From Thermodesulfobacteriota bacterium (GTDB taxonomy: Bacteria > Desulfobacterota > Binatia > UTPRO1), in NCBI GenBank assembly GCA_036781285.1, contig DAIQBH010000004.1, forward strand, positions 5,921-69,920: DNA of 64,000 bases, given 5' to 3'. Position numbers and translations under genes: made by a program. Numbering within the stretch: the stretch's first letter is position 1; every line of letters starts with the position of its first letter. The notes beneath the pieces were generated by a model. It worked only from the letters and a program-made list of their open reading frames with translations. It made no database searches and was not told the DNA's origin. Shown in pieces: positions 30,650 through 39,431 of the stretch.

Positions 30650-30717
30650 GGGTGTTGGAATGCGCCCCGTTTCCGCGCTCGTCAACGTCGGGGTTGGGGC
30701 CTATACTCCTCCCCCCG

Positions 30718-32442
30718 ATGCCCGAATCCCCGCGCGAGCGATGGCAGCGCCGGCGCGCCGACGAGCGGTTCCTCTTCACGCCGTCGGGCGGCGGCGACGT
30801 GTCGGTTTGCCTCGTCTATCCGAACACCTACGCGGTCGGAATGGCGAACCTCGGATTCCAATCCGTCTTCGAGATCCTCTCGACCCATCCGCGGGTGCAC
30901 TGCGAGCGGGCCTTCCTGCCCGACGCCGACCAGCGCGGCGACGAGGTCGTCAGCTTCGAGAGCGGGCGCCGGCTGCGGGACTTCGAGGTCGTCGCGTTTT
31001 CGATCTCGTTCGAGACGGACTACCTGCACGTCGTCGACATCCTGGCAGGGGCGGGCATCCCGCCGCTGCGCGCCGATCGCGGCGGCGGCCCACTCCTGCT
31101 GTGCGGCGGTCCGGCGACGTTCCTCAATCCCGAACCGATCGCCGACTTCTTCGACCTCTTCCTGGTCGGTGAAGGGGAGGACATGATCCCGGAGTTCCTC
31201 GCGCGCTACGTGGACGCGCGGGACGCGGGCGGTGGACGCGACGGTGTCCTCGATGCGGTCGCGGAGGTCGGCGGCGCGTATCGACCGGATCGCTACGCGA
31301 TCACGTACGCCGGTGACGGCACGATCGAGTCGGTCGCGTACTCGGGCCCCGGATCCGGCGTCGTCACGCGGCGGCTGATCGCCGATCTCGACCGCTTCAC
31401 GACGGCCTCGAAAGTGCTCGCGCCCGACGCGGTCTTCGGCGACATGTACCTCGTCGAAGCGAGCCGCGGCTGCGAGTGGGGCTGCCGCTTCTGCGCCGCC
31501 GGATACATGTACCGGCCGATCCGGCATCGGAGCGTCGAGACCCTCCGCGGCGCCATCGAGGCCGGCATCGGCGAGCGCAGCACGGTCGGGCTCGTCGGCG
31601 CCGAGATGGCGAGCGTGCCGGGCGTCGCCGAGCTCTGTGAATTCGTCGCCGACCGTGGCGGCCGCGCGTCGCCCTCGTCGCTGAAGGCCGACGTCATCAC
31701 GCACCGCCTGGCGCGCGCCCTCGGAAGGAGCGCCAATCAAAGCGTGACCATCGCACCCGAAGCCGGGTCCGAACGCATGCGGCGGGTGATCAACAAGAAC
31801 CTCACCGAGCCCGAGATCCTGCGTGCCGCCGATTGGCTGGTCGGGGCCGGCGTCCGCGCGATGAAGCTCTATTTCATGATCGGGCTCCCGACCGAGACGC
31901 ACGCGGACGTGGAGGGCATCGTCGAGCTGACCCAACGCATCGGCGCACGGTTCCAGCGCGAGGGCCGGGTGCAGCAGATCCGGCTGTCGGTGAACCCGTT
32001 CGGGCCGAAACCGTGGACGCCGTTCCAGTGGGAGCCGATGGAGGACCTCCGCTCCCTCAAGGTCAAGATCGGCGGCCTGAAGCGCGCGATCGGGCGGCTG
32101 CGTGGCGTCGACATCGACGTCGAGTCGCCGCGCGAGTCCTACTACGCGACCGTGCTTTCGCGCGGCGACCGGCGAGTATCCCGCTTCCTGCTCGCGGTCC
32201 ACGCGGCGGACGGCGACTGGTGGAGCGTGCTGCGCGCGTGGGAGCGCGATCCGCCCGCCGACGGCTTCGATCCACGGATCTTCTCGCACCGTCCGTACGC
32301 GTCCGACGAGATCCTGCCGTGGGACTTCCTCGACCACAGCCTCCACAAGCGTTTCCTCTGGGTCGAGCGCGAGCGGGCGCGGGAAGAGCGGCAGACGATG
32401 CCGTGCGACGTCACGACGTGTCGGGTGTGCGGGGCATGCTGA
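30718..32442 (+). CDS. Radical SAM protein with an N-terminal B12-binding-like domain
   Basis: EASRGCEWGCRFCAAGYMY is the CxxxCxxC motif. VCLVYPNTYAVGMANLGFQ is Rossmann/B12-like. A C-terminal CDVTTCRVCGAC cluster is also present. Confidence 0.8.
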   Translation: MPESPRERWQRRRADERFLFTPSGGGDVSVCLVYPNTYAVGMANLGFQSVFEILSTHPRVHCERAFLPDADQRGDEVVSFESGRRLRDFEVVAFSISFETDYLHVVDILAGAGIPPLRADRGGGPLLLCGGPATFLNPEPIADFFDLFLVGEGEDMIPEFLARYVDARDAGGGRDGVLDAVAEVGGAYRPDRYAITYAGDGTIESVAYSGPGSGVVTRRLIADLDRFTTASKVLAPDAVFGDMYLVEASRGCEWGCRFCAAGYMYRPIRHRSVETLRGAIEAGIGERSTVGLVGAEMASVPGVAELCEFVADRGGRASPSSLKADVITHRLARALGRSANQSVTIAPEAGSERMRRVINKNLTEPEILRAADWLVGAGVRAMKLYFMIGLPTETHADVEGIVELTQRIGARFQREGRVQQIRLSVNPFGPKPWTPFQWEPMEDLRSLKVKIGGLKRAIGRLRGVDIDVESPRESYYATVLSRGDRRVSRFLLAVHAADGDWWSVLRAWERDPPADGFDPRIFSHRPYASDEILPWDFLDHSLHKRFLWVERERAREERQTMPCDVTTCRVCGAC

Positions 32443-32455
32443 GCGAAGGAACCCG

Positions 32456-32851
32456 GTGGCGATCGTAGGCACCGGCGTCGACGTCGCCGAGATCGCGCGC
32501 GTTCGCGCGGCCCTCGACGAGCCGCAAACGGGCGCGCGCTTCAAGGCGCGGGTCTTCACGGCGGGCGAGCAGGCGTACTGCGACGGGCGTGGTCCGGGGT
32601 GCTACGAGAGCTACGCGGCGCGTTTCGCCGCGAAGGAAGCCACGATGAAAGCGCTCGGCATCGGCTGGGGCGCGCAGATGGGCTGGCTCGACATCGAGGT
32701 CGTGCGCGAGCCGGACGGTCGTCCGACGATCCGTCTTCACGGCAAGGGCGCGGCAGCGGCGGCGGCGGCCGGCGTCGCGCGCGCGCACCTCGCGCTCACG
32801 CACACGAAGGACCTGGCGGTCGCGCAGGTCGTCCTCGAACGCGACCCGTGA
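32456..32851 (+). CDS. acpS: Holo-[acyl-carrier-protein] synthase
   Basis: VAIVGTGVDVAEIARV...RFAAKEATMKALG. The GTG start has an AAGGAA RBS. Confidence 0.85.
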   Translation: MAIVGTGVDVAEIARVRAALDEPQTGARFKARVFTAGEQAYCDGRGPGCYESYAARFAAKEATMKALGIGWGAQMGWLDIEVVREPDGRPTIRLHGKGAAAAAAAGVARAHLALTHTKDLAVAQVVLERDP

Positions 32852-32894
32852 CGGCCGCTCGGGCCGATCGCCGCGGCGGCGGCGACTTCCGCTG

Positions 32895-33689
32895 CTACTC
32901 GCCGCGGAAGTCGGGCTTCCGCTTCTCGAGGAACGCGCGCACGCCCTCGGCGTAGTCCGCGCTCGCGAAGCAGCTCGCGATCATGCGGCGGACCGCGTCG
33001 AGGTCGCGTACGGCGGGATCGCGCTGGGTCTCGGCGATCGCACGTTTGGCCGCGCGAAGCGTGAGCGGCGCGTTCGCCGCGATGCCTTCCACGTAGCCGC
33101 GCGTGAAGGACTCCAGGTCGGCCTTCGCGACTACTTGGTTGACGAGCCCGATGCGTAGCGCTTCCGGCGCGGAGTACTGGCGCGCGGTGAAGAAGATCTC
33201 GCTCGCCGCCGCCGGTCCCACCAGGCTCACGATGCGCTCGACGCCGTCGTACGCGTATCCGAGGCCGAGGCGCGCCGGCGGAAGGGCCATCCGCACGTCG
33301 TCGGCCGCGACCCGCAGGTCGGCACACGCCGCGAGTGCCAGCCCGCCTCCGATGCACACGCCCTGGAGCATGGCGACGAGCGGCTTCTCGAAGCCGAGGA
33401 GGGCGGCGAAGGCCCGGCCGTTCGTCTGCTCGTAGGCCGCCGCCGAGGCGGGGTACTTCCGGTGCGTCGAGAACTCAGAGATGTCGGCACCCGAGGCGAA
33501 CGCGTCCGAGCCGGCTCCGCGCATGACGACCACCCGGACGTTCCGGTCGGCGGCGAGGTCCGCGACGAGCTCGGGGATTGCCTCCCACATCTCGAAGCGG
33601 ACGGCGTTCAGCCGCGCCGGGTTGCGGAGGATCATCCAGGCGATGCCCCCGTCGCCACGCTCGACGTCGACCCCGAACTCGCCGTTCAT
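32895..33689 (-). CDS. Enoyl-CoA hydratase/isomerase (crotonase fold)
   Basis: IAWMILRNPARLNAV...MRGAGSDAFASGADISEF. The track ORF extends far upstream as antisense junk. Confidence 0.85.
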   Translation of the reverse strand: MNGEFGVDVERGDGGIAWMILRNPARLNAVRFEMWEAIPELVADLAADRNVRVVVMRGAGSDAFASGADISEFSTHRKYPASAAAYEQTNGRAFAALLGFEKPLVAMLQGVCIGGGLALAACADLRVAADDVRMALPPARLGLGYAYDGVERIVSLVGPAAASEIFFTARQYSAPEALRIGLVNQVVAKADLESFTRGYVEGIAANAPLTLRAAKRAIAETQRDPAVRDLDAVRRMIASCFASADYAEGVRAFLEKRKPDFRGE

Positions 33690-33812
33690 CTCGAGCTTGC
33701 GCACGCGGGCCGTCGTATACGAGCCCTTCGGCTTCCGCCAGGCGGACCTCGCGACGCTGGCGGCCGGGCGCCGGCCGCGAGTAGAATGCGCCCCGCGAGT
33801 GGAGGGGTGGTG

Positions 33813-34355
33813 ATGGAGCATCGGTTTCAGACCAGTCGGCTCACGCGTGGCAATGTCGTCTTCCCGACGATCATGGTGGTCACCGATCGACACGTCCGGC
33901 GCATCAAGCCGTCGCTCGTCGGACGGGTGGAGGAGAGCATCAGTCTCCGCCAGGTGTCGTCGGTGACGGTCAATCAGGGTGCGATCTTCGCCGACGTGAC
34001 GATCCACTCGTCGGGCGGCACCGATCCGCTGAAAAGCCACGGCCACACGAACGCCGACGCGAAGCGCCTGAAGGACATCATCGAGGAGCTCCAGACGAAC
34101 ATCCTCACCGCCGGCGTCGCCGATCTGAGCGGTCTGCGGTCGTGTCCGCGCTGCGCCGAGACGATCAAGGTCGCGGCCCAGGTTTGCCGGCATTGCGGCG
34201 CCGACATCCCGATCGTGTTGACCGAAGAGGTCGTCGAGGAAGCCGAGCCGGGGGCTGAAGCGCCCTCGACTGCGTCCTCCGCACGGGAGATCGAGCCCGC
34301 ACTCGACGACGAGCCGGCCGTGGCACGCGACACCAAAGACTGGACTTGGAGCTGA
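33813..34355 (+). CDS. Hypothetical protein with a bacterial PH-like N-terminal region and a C-terminal CxxC...CxxC zinc ribbon
   Basis: The ATG at 33813 has a GGAGGGG RBS and a TAGAAT -10-like hexamer at 33782. CPRCAE...CRHCGA forms the zinc ribbon. Confidence 0.6.
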   Translation: MEHRFQTSRLTRGNVVFPTIMVVTDRHVRRIKPSLVGRVEESISLRQVSSVTVNQGAIFADVTIHSSGGTDPLKSHGHTNADAKRLKDIIEELQTNILTAGVADLSGLRSCPRCAETIKVAAQVCRHCGADIPIVLTEEVVEEAEPGAEAPSTASSAREIEPALDDEPAVARDTKDWTWS

Positions 34356-34359
34356 TCCC

Positions 34360-34602
34360 ATGAGCGACGAATTCGCCCCCGCCAAAGCCCGCTTTCGCGC
34401 CCTGGTGCAGGAGATCGATCCCGACGTCACGGTCGTGATCCCGGAGCGCTCGACGCAGGACGCGTTTCGCATCTCGCTGACACGCGGGCCGAATCGCCGC
34501 TTCCTCACGATCTCCGAGGACGACATGCTCGACCTCGTCGAGGACGACAACGCCGCGGCGAAGATGCACGCGACGCTTCGTCAGGAGATCGCGCAGCTGT
34601 AG
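34360..34602 (+). CDS. Small hypothetical protein (80 aa)
   Basis: Starts 4 nt after the previous stop with GC3-biased codons and no recognisable family. Confidence 0.45.
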   Translation: MSDEFAPAKARFRALVQEIDPDVTVVIPERSTQDAFRISLTRGPNRRFLTISEDDMLDLVEDDNAAAKMHATLRQEIAQL

Positions 34603-34616
34603 CGCGCTCGTCCGCG

Positions 34617-34973
34617 TCAGGCGCGCGTGTCGATGCGCCGGCGCGGCGCCTCGTCCGTGGCCGCGTCGTCGCGGCGTCGGCGAATCTGCTCTGACCCTTC
34701 GTCGTCGACGCTCTTCGTGCGCGGCGGAGGATTGCTCGCGGACTTCGCGAGCGCGAGCGCTTTCTGCGAGAGCTGCACCACCACCTCGCGCGTGGGATCG
34801 CCGGCCGGGCGGAGCCCGGGCGAACCGTACGCGGCTCGCTCCGTCGTGCGTGCGACCGCCTCGCGGTCGATCTCGGGCGGCGTGATCCCGCGCCGCAGGT
34901 CGTTCGCGAGCGCCGTCGTCGAGCGCGTCGGACCCGCCGTGCCGGGAAGGCCGACTGTCGGGTCGAGATCCAT
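34617..34973 (-). CDS. Small hypothetical protein (about 118 aa), last gene of the ATP-grasp/kinase operon
   Basis: Strong GC3 codon bias, but no convincing RBS at the only ATG (34973). Confidence 0.35.
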   Translation of the reverse strand: MDLDPTVGLPGTAGPTRSTTALANDLRRGITPPEIDREAVARTTERAAYGSPGLRPAGDPTREVVVQLSQKALALAKSASNPPPRTKSVDDEGSEQIRRRRDDAATDEAPRRRIDTRA

Positions 34974-35098
34974 CGAGGAACAGCAGACCAGCGCCGACGT
35001 CGATCGCCTAGGCGGGAACGCGTCGTCGGGGAAGAAAACCACGCCCGAGGTGCGCGTTCGCTTGTGGCAACGCCCTGCGAGATCGCGTGGGGGACGCC

Positions 35099-36154
35099 TC
35101 AGGCCGGCCGTGACGCGATCGCGATGTCGGCGAGCCGGCGCACCGACTCGCCCATCGCGGCGAAACGTTCGTCCTTCGTCTGGCCGCGCACGAACCGCAC
35201 GTAGATCTGCTGGAGCACGACCGCGAGCTTGAAGAGCGCGAACGTCTCGAAGAACGCGATGTCCGCGACGTTGCGATCGACGCGTGCGGCATAGCGGGCG
35301 ACGACCTCGGCGCGCGTCGGGAACCCTTCGAGGTAGGTGGGCTGCATTGCGATCGCCAGGCGCTCGGGCGGGTCGCTCGCCTCCGGCCAGTAGCCAAGGA
35401 GCGTGCCGAGGTCGATGCGCGGGTCGCCGAGCGTCGTCATGTCCCAGTCGAGGACGGCCACGACGTGGCCGGGATCGGAGGGATCGAGCATCATGTTGTC
35501 GAGCTTGAAGTCGTTGTGAACCACCGTCGGCGCCGCGGGCGCCGGCAGGTGCGCGAGCAGCCACGCCGCGAGCGACTCCATCGCCGGCTGTTCCTCGGTT
35601 TTGGCGCGGTGCCACCGCTCGGCCCAGCCCCGAATCTGCCGCTCGACGAAACCCTCCGGCTTCCCGAGCGCCGCGACCGGCGTGCCCGCGACCGGCACGA
35701 GGTGGAGATCCGCGAGCGCGTCGATCGCCGCCTCGCCGATGCGGCGCCTGGTCTCGGGCGTACTCGGAATTTCCGGCGGGATCTCGCGCCGCACCACGAT
35801 GCCATGCCTTCGCTCCATGACGAAGAAGGGCGCGCCGATGACGGCGGGGTCCTCGCACAAGACGAACACGCGCGGCGCATGCGGATAGTACGGCCCGAGG
35901 GCCGCGAGGGCGCGATATTCGCGCACCATGTCGTGCGACTTCGGTGCGATCGGACCGAGCGGCGGCCGGCGGAGCACGTACTCGCGCTCGCCGTAGCGCA
36001 GCAGGTAGGTCAGGTTCGCGTGCCCGCCGGGAAACTGGAGGATGTCGAGCGGACCGTCGCTCCCGGGCAGCTTGCCGCGCAGGTAGTCGGCGACGATGCG
36101 CGCGTCGAGCTGCTCGTCCGGCCGAACCGGCGTGACGTCCGACGAATCGACCAC
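35099..36154 (-). CDS. APH/CotS-like phosphotransferase-family kinase
   Basis: HGDLHPGN-like VVHNDFKLDNMML and DWDMTTLGDP motifs. Its start is 8 nt from the ATP-grasp stop. Confidence 0.8.
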   Translation of the reverse strand: MVDSSDVTPVRPDEQLDARIVADYLRGKLPGSDGPLDILQFPGGHANLTYLLRYGEREYVLRRPPLGPIAPKSHDMVREYRALAALGPYYPHAPRVFVLCEDPAVIGAPFFVMERRHGIVVRREIPPEIPSTPETRRRIGEAAIDALADLHLVPVAGTPVAALGKPEGFVERQIRGWAERWHRAKTEEQPAMESLAAWLLAHLPAPAAPTVVHNDFKLDNMMLDPSDPGHVVAVLDWDMTTLGDPRIDLGTLLGYWPEASDPPERLAIAMQPTYLEGFPTRAEVVARYAARVDRNVADIAFFETFALFKLAVVLQQIYVRFVRGQTKDERFAAMGESVRRLADIAIASRPA

Positions 36155-36161
36155 GGCCCCC

Positions 36162-37184
36162 TCAGGCGCCGTAGCGCGCGATCGCGAATTGGACGATCTC
36201 CGCGATCAGATCGCAGTGCGAGCGGCCCGACTTCTTTGCGGCCTTCGCGAGCTCGGCAGTCGAGAGTAGCCACGGGTTCGGGTTGCACTCGATCACGTGC
36301 GCGGTTCCCTCGGCGTCGAGCCTGATGTCGATGCGGCCGTAGTCGCGAAGCCGGAGGGCCTGGTACGCCGCGATGGCGGTCGCCTTGAGATGCGCCTCCA
36401 CCTCTTCGCCGAGGTCGTCCGGAAAGAACGGTTGGGTCCGGCGGTAGACCTCCGTCCCTTCCTCCCACTTCACCTCGGTGCCGGCGATGCGCGGCGTGCC
36501 CTCGGGGAGCTGCGAGAGATCGAGCTCGACGATCGGCAACGCTTCGGGGTCGCCGTTGCCGAGGACGGCGACGTAGATCTCGCGGCCCTCGATGTACTCT
36601 TCGATCAGGACGGGCCCGTCGAAGTCGGCGTGGATCGCGTCGATGCGCTCCATCAGTTCCTTCAAGCTGCCGACGACGGCGCTGAAGCGGATGCCGATCG
36701 ACCCGTCCTCGAGCCCGGGCTTCACGATCACCGGGAAGTGGATGTCGTGCGCCCACTCGAGCCGTCCGCGATGCCCGGTCATGAACGACGGCGTCTTGAT
36801 GCCGTGGAACGCGAAGATCTTCTTCGCGAGCGCTTTGTCCTGCGCGAGGTACAGACCGTGCGGCCCCGCGCCCGTGTACCGCCGGCCCATCAGCTCGAGG
36901 TAGGCCGCGACGTGCATCTCTTTCGTGTCGTCGGCGGCGTACGACTCGGTGAGGTTGAAGTAGAGGTCGGCGCGCTCGGTCGCGAGCGAGTGCAGCGTCT
37001 CCGGCGTGCCGTCGAGCGTGTGGTAGAACGGCTCGTGGCCCGTCTTCTTCAGGGCCTCGTAGATCTCTTCGTGATCGTGCTTCGGCCGACGACGTTTGCG
37101 ACGCGAGGTCTTGGGTGCCGCCGCTGGTTCATCCACCCCGCTGTCCGTCGCGTCGTACAGGACGCCCACGCGCAGCTTTGGCAT
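36162..37184 (-). CDS. ATP-grasp ligase of the D-Ala-D-Ala ligase/RimK-like type with a basic N-terminus
   Basis: VIVKPGLEDGSIGI, LIEEYIEGREIYVAVLG and IECNPNPWL are ATP-grasp motifs. The N-terminus contains SRRKRRRPKHDHEE. Confidence 0.85.
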   Translation of the reverse strand: MPKLRVGVLYDATDSGVDEPAAAPKTSRRKRRRPKHDHEEIYEALKKTGHEPFYHTLDGTPETLHSLATERADLYFNLTESYAADDTKEMHVAAYLELMGRRYTGAGPHGLYLAQDKALAKKIFAFHGIKTPSFMTGHRGRLEWAHDIHFPVIVKPGLEDGSIGIRFSAVVGSLKELMERIDAIHADFDGPVLIEEYIEGREIYVAVLGNGDPEALPIVELDLSQLPEGTPRIAGTEVKWEEGTEVYRRTQPFFPDDLGEEVEAHLKATAIAAYQALRLRDYGRIDIRLDAEGTAHVIECNPNPWLLSTAELAKAAKKSGRSHCDLIAEIVQFAIARYGA

Positions 37185-37250
37185 TGGCGGCTTCTTATCA
37201 TCGACCGGCCGCGAAAAAGAAGCAGAAAGTCGGGGGCGACGAAGCGGGGC

Positions 37251-37487
37251 TCACGCGCGCTTCGGGGACAGCATGAGCGCTGCGAGCGCCCATACGCCGA
37301 AGACGAATCCGAGTCCGAACCAGAGTCGCGGCGGGCGACCGTTGTTGCGCGCGACGATGCGACAGACGATCGCGTCGCAGGTGTTCACGAGCAAACCGGT
37401 CGCGATCAGCGTCGGCCAATCGAGCGGAGTCGCGGCCACGAATTGCAGGCCGGTGAGGTAGCCGAGCGCGAGCCGCATGGAGTCCAT
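37251..37487 (-). CDS. Small membrane protein (78 aa, two predicted TM segments)
   Basis: A hydrophobic ORF with no family assigned. Confidence 0.4.
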   Translation of the reverse strand: MDSMRLALGYLTGLQFVAATPLDWPTLIATGLLVNTCDAIVCRIVARNNGRPPRLWFGLGFVFGVWALAALMLSPKRA

Positions 37488-37585
37488 GGCGTGGCGGCAC
37501 GCGCGGAGCGCGCCTTTTCTTGACCCTCTGAAGGCGCGGCACTATAGTCCGCGACCTTTCCGCTGACAATCGAAGGGGCATGTGA

Positions 37586-37933
37586 ATGGCGAAACGCGAA
37601 CCCACGCTCCTTTCCTGGATCGTCGAGATGGGAGAGGCGCGGTTGCTCCAGTTCGCGGAGGAGCTCCTCGCGAATCCGAAGATGGCCGAGGCCTTCTCGT
37701 CCGCGCTCCAACGCGCGGCCAAGACCAAAGGACAGGTCGACAAGAACATGCAGATGTTGCTCGGACTGCTGAACATGCCCTCGAAGGCCGATTACAACCG
37801 GCTGCTGTCGAAGATCGAGGCACTGCAAGGCAGCCTCGTGAACCTCAACATCAAGGTCGATCGCCTGCTTGCCGAGCGCGACCGTCCGAAGCCGCGTCGC
37901 CGGCGCGAGAAGCCCGAGGCCGCGTCGAGCTGA
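37586..37933 (+). CDS. Phasin-like PHA-granule-associated protein (COG3937-like)
   Basis: LLGLLNMPSKADYNRLLSKIEALQGSLVNL with a basic C-terminal tail. The RBS is GAAGGGG. Confidence 0.7.
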   Translation: MAKREPTLLSWIVEMGEARLLQFAEELLANPKMAEAFSSALQRAAKTKGQVDKNMQMLLGLLNMPSKADYNRLLSKIEALQGSLVNLNIKVDRLLAERDRPKPRRRREKPEAASS

Positions 37934-37936
37934 GGC

Positions 37937-37965
37937 GACCCCGCCGCGCAGCGCGCGGCGGGGTC
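37937..37965. terminator. Bidirectional terminator hairpin between convergent genes
   Basis: GACCCCGCCGCGC-agc-GCGCGGCGGGGTC (13-bp perfect stem) then GTTCTGCGTT. Confidence 0.5.
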
Positions 37966-37973
37966 GTTCTGCG

Positions 37974-39431
37974 TTACGGCAGGATCTGCGTCACGATCCC
38001 GAGCTGATCGGGATCGAGGGGTACGATGCCGGAGAGAAAGCTGTCGACCGTGACGTCGAGGTCGGTCGCGATCAGCGTCTCCCCCGGCAGCACCGTGAAG
38101 GTGCACTCGAAGCTCAGGGGGAACGTCAGGTTCAGCCCCAGCGAGAGCTGGAGGCCGAGAATGCCGTTGTCGTCGTCGTTCGGCTCGAAGAGGCCGAGCG
38201 CGCCGGTCGAGCAGTCGACGCCGGTACCGCTGCCGTCGAATCCGCCTTTCAGGGTCGGATAGGCGACGTTCAAGCCGACGAGCGTGGCGACCAGGCTCGT
38301 GGAGAGGTCGATCTTCACCGTGACCTGCGTCGCCGTCGCGGTCGGCGTCGGCGTCGGGACCTCGGCGGTGGCGGTCGGCGTCGGGCTTTCGGTCGCGGTC
38401 GCCGTCGCGCCGCCGTCGGGCGTGCTGGTTTCGGTCGCCGTCGGCGTCGCGGTCGGGGTGGGAGCCGGGGTCGCGGTTGCCGTGGGCGTCGGGTCGATGC
38501 CGTCATCGCTGCACTCGGACGGATAGGTCGCGACGCCGGGCGCGGCCGCGCGATCCATGCACATCGCGCGCTGGCGACCGACGCAGTCGACGCACGTGAT
38601 CAGGCTCGAGAGGTCCGTGATCGCGGCGCCGCATGCGCTGCCGCCCGGAATCGTGAGCGGCGGACACGTGTCCGCGAAGCCGATCTGGGCCGGCGTGAGG
38701 TCGTCGCCGCCGCCGCACGCGCGACCGGGGCCGCCGCAGGCACGGCAGATCTTCTGCTGCATCTTGGCCTGACTCTTCGCGAGATTCGCCGCCGCGATCC
38801 CGTCGGGGCACGGTCCGGTGCTCTTGCCGCGGAGCACGCGATCCTCGCACTGCTGGAGCGCACGGAGCTGGGCCGCGACGAACTGCGGCGACTCCTTGCC
38901 GATCGCGCGCTGGCATTTGCGCACGGCGGGATCCGTCGTGTTGCGGAGGAAGGCGTCGAACGCGAGATCGATGGTCGCGTCGGTCGCCTGCTCGTCGATG
39001 CAGCGGAGGCAGTCGCTCGCGCCCGCGCACGAGGCGATCGTGTTCGTGCATCCGCTCTCGGCGATGTCCGGGCAGGTGCCCATGGTCCAGCCGATCGCGT
39101 TCAGCACCTCGTCGTCGTTGCCCGCGCCGCAGGTCTTGTCGCGTCCTCCACAGGCCGTTGCGATCACCGCAGCCAGCTTCGCGCGGAGCTTCGCGTCCTT
39201 CGTCGTCGACTTCTGATCCGGGCAAGGTCCCGCGAAATTTCCGCGCAGGATGGAATCCTCGCAGCGCTGCGCCGTCTTCAGCTTGCCTTGCGCGAAGACC
39301 GCGGCGGCTTTGGCGACGGCGCGGCGACACTTCAGCGGCGCCGCTTCCGCGGCCGCCGCCATGACGGCCAGCACGATGACGACGAGGCCAATGAGCGCAA
39401 CGCGGGAGAGAAGGGGTCTCTCGGGATGCAT
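37974..39431 (-). CDS. Secreted cysteine-rich tandem-repeat protein with a Pro/Thr-rich linker and an unknown C-terminal domain
   Basis: Signal peptide MHPERPLLSRVALIGLVVIVLAVMAAAAEAA, then two ~130-aa Cys-rich modules (KCxRA...QRCEDxxLRG...GPCPD...ACGG...), then a TPTATATP linker. The ATG at 39431 has an AAGGAGG RBS. The track ORF is extended upstream. Confidence 0.8.
   Translation of the reverse strand: MHPERPLLSRVALIGLVVIVLAVMAAAAEAAPLKCRRAVAKAAAVFAQGKLKTAQRCEDSILRGNFAGPCPDQKSTTKDAKLRAKLAAVIATACGGRDKTCGAGNDDEVLNAIGWTMGTCPDIAESGCTNTIASCAGASDCLRCIDEQATDATIDLAFDAFLRNTTDPAVRKCQRAIGKESPQFVAAQLRALQQCEDRVLRGKSTGPCPDGIAAANLAKSQAKMQQKICRACGGPGRACGGGDDLTPAQIGFADTCPPLTIPGGSACGAAITDLSSLITCVDCVGRQRAMCMDRAAAPGVATYPSECSDDGIDPTPTATATPAPTPTATPTATETSTPDGGATATATESPTPTATAEVPTPTPTATATQVTVKIDLSTSLVATLVGLNVAYPTLKGGFDGSGTGVDCSTGALGLFEPNDDDNGILGLQLSLGLNLTFPLSFECTFTVLPGETLIATDLDVTVDSFLSGIVPLDPDQLGIVTQILP

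Noticed and set aside
30682-32559. A 625-aa minus-strand ORF opposite the radical SAM gene
   Set aside because: It is antisense junk, and the + strand carries the CxxxCxxC radical SAM protein.
32895-34550. The 551-aa minus ORF as a single gene
   Set aside because: Only the C-terminal 264 aa form the enoyl-CoA hydratase. The upstream part overlaps a better-supported + strand PH/zinc-ribbon gene with its own RBS and promoter.
34617-35858. A 413-aa minus ORF spanning into the kinase gene
   Set aside because: It is mostly R-rich junk out of frame with the APH-like kinase. Only its last ~118 codons (34617..34973) were kept, as a low-confidence ORF.
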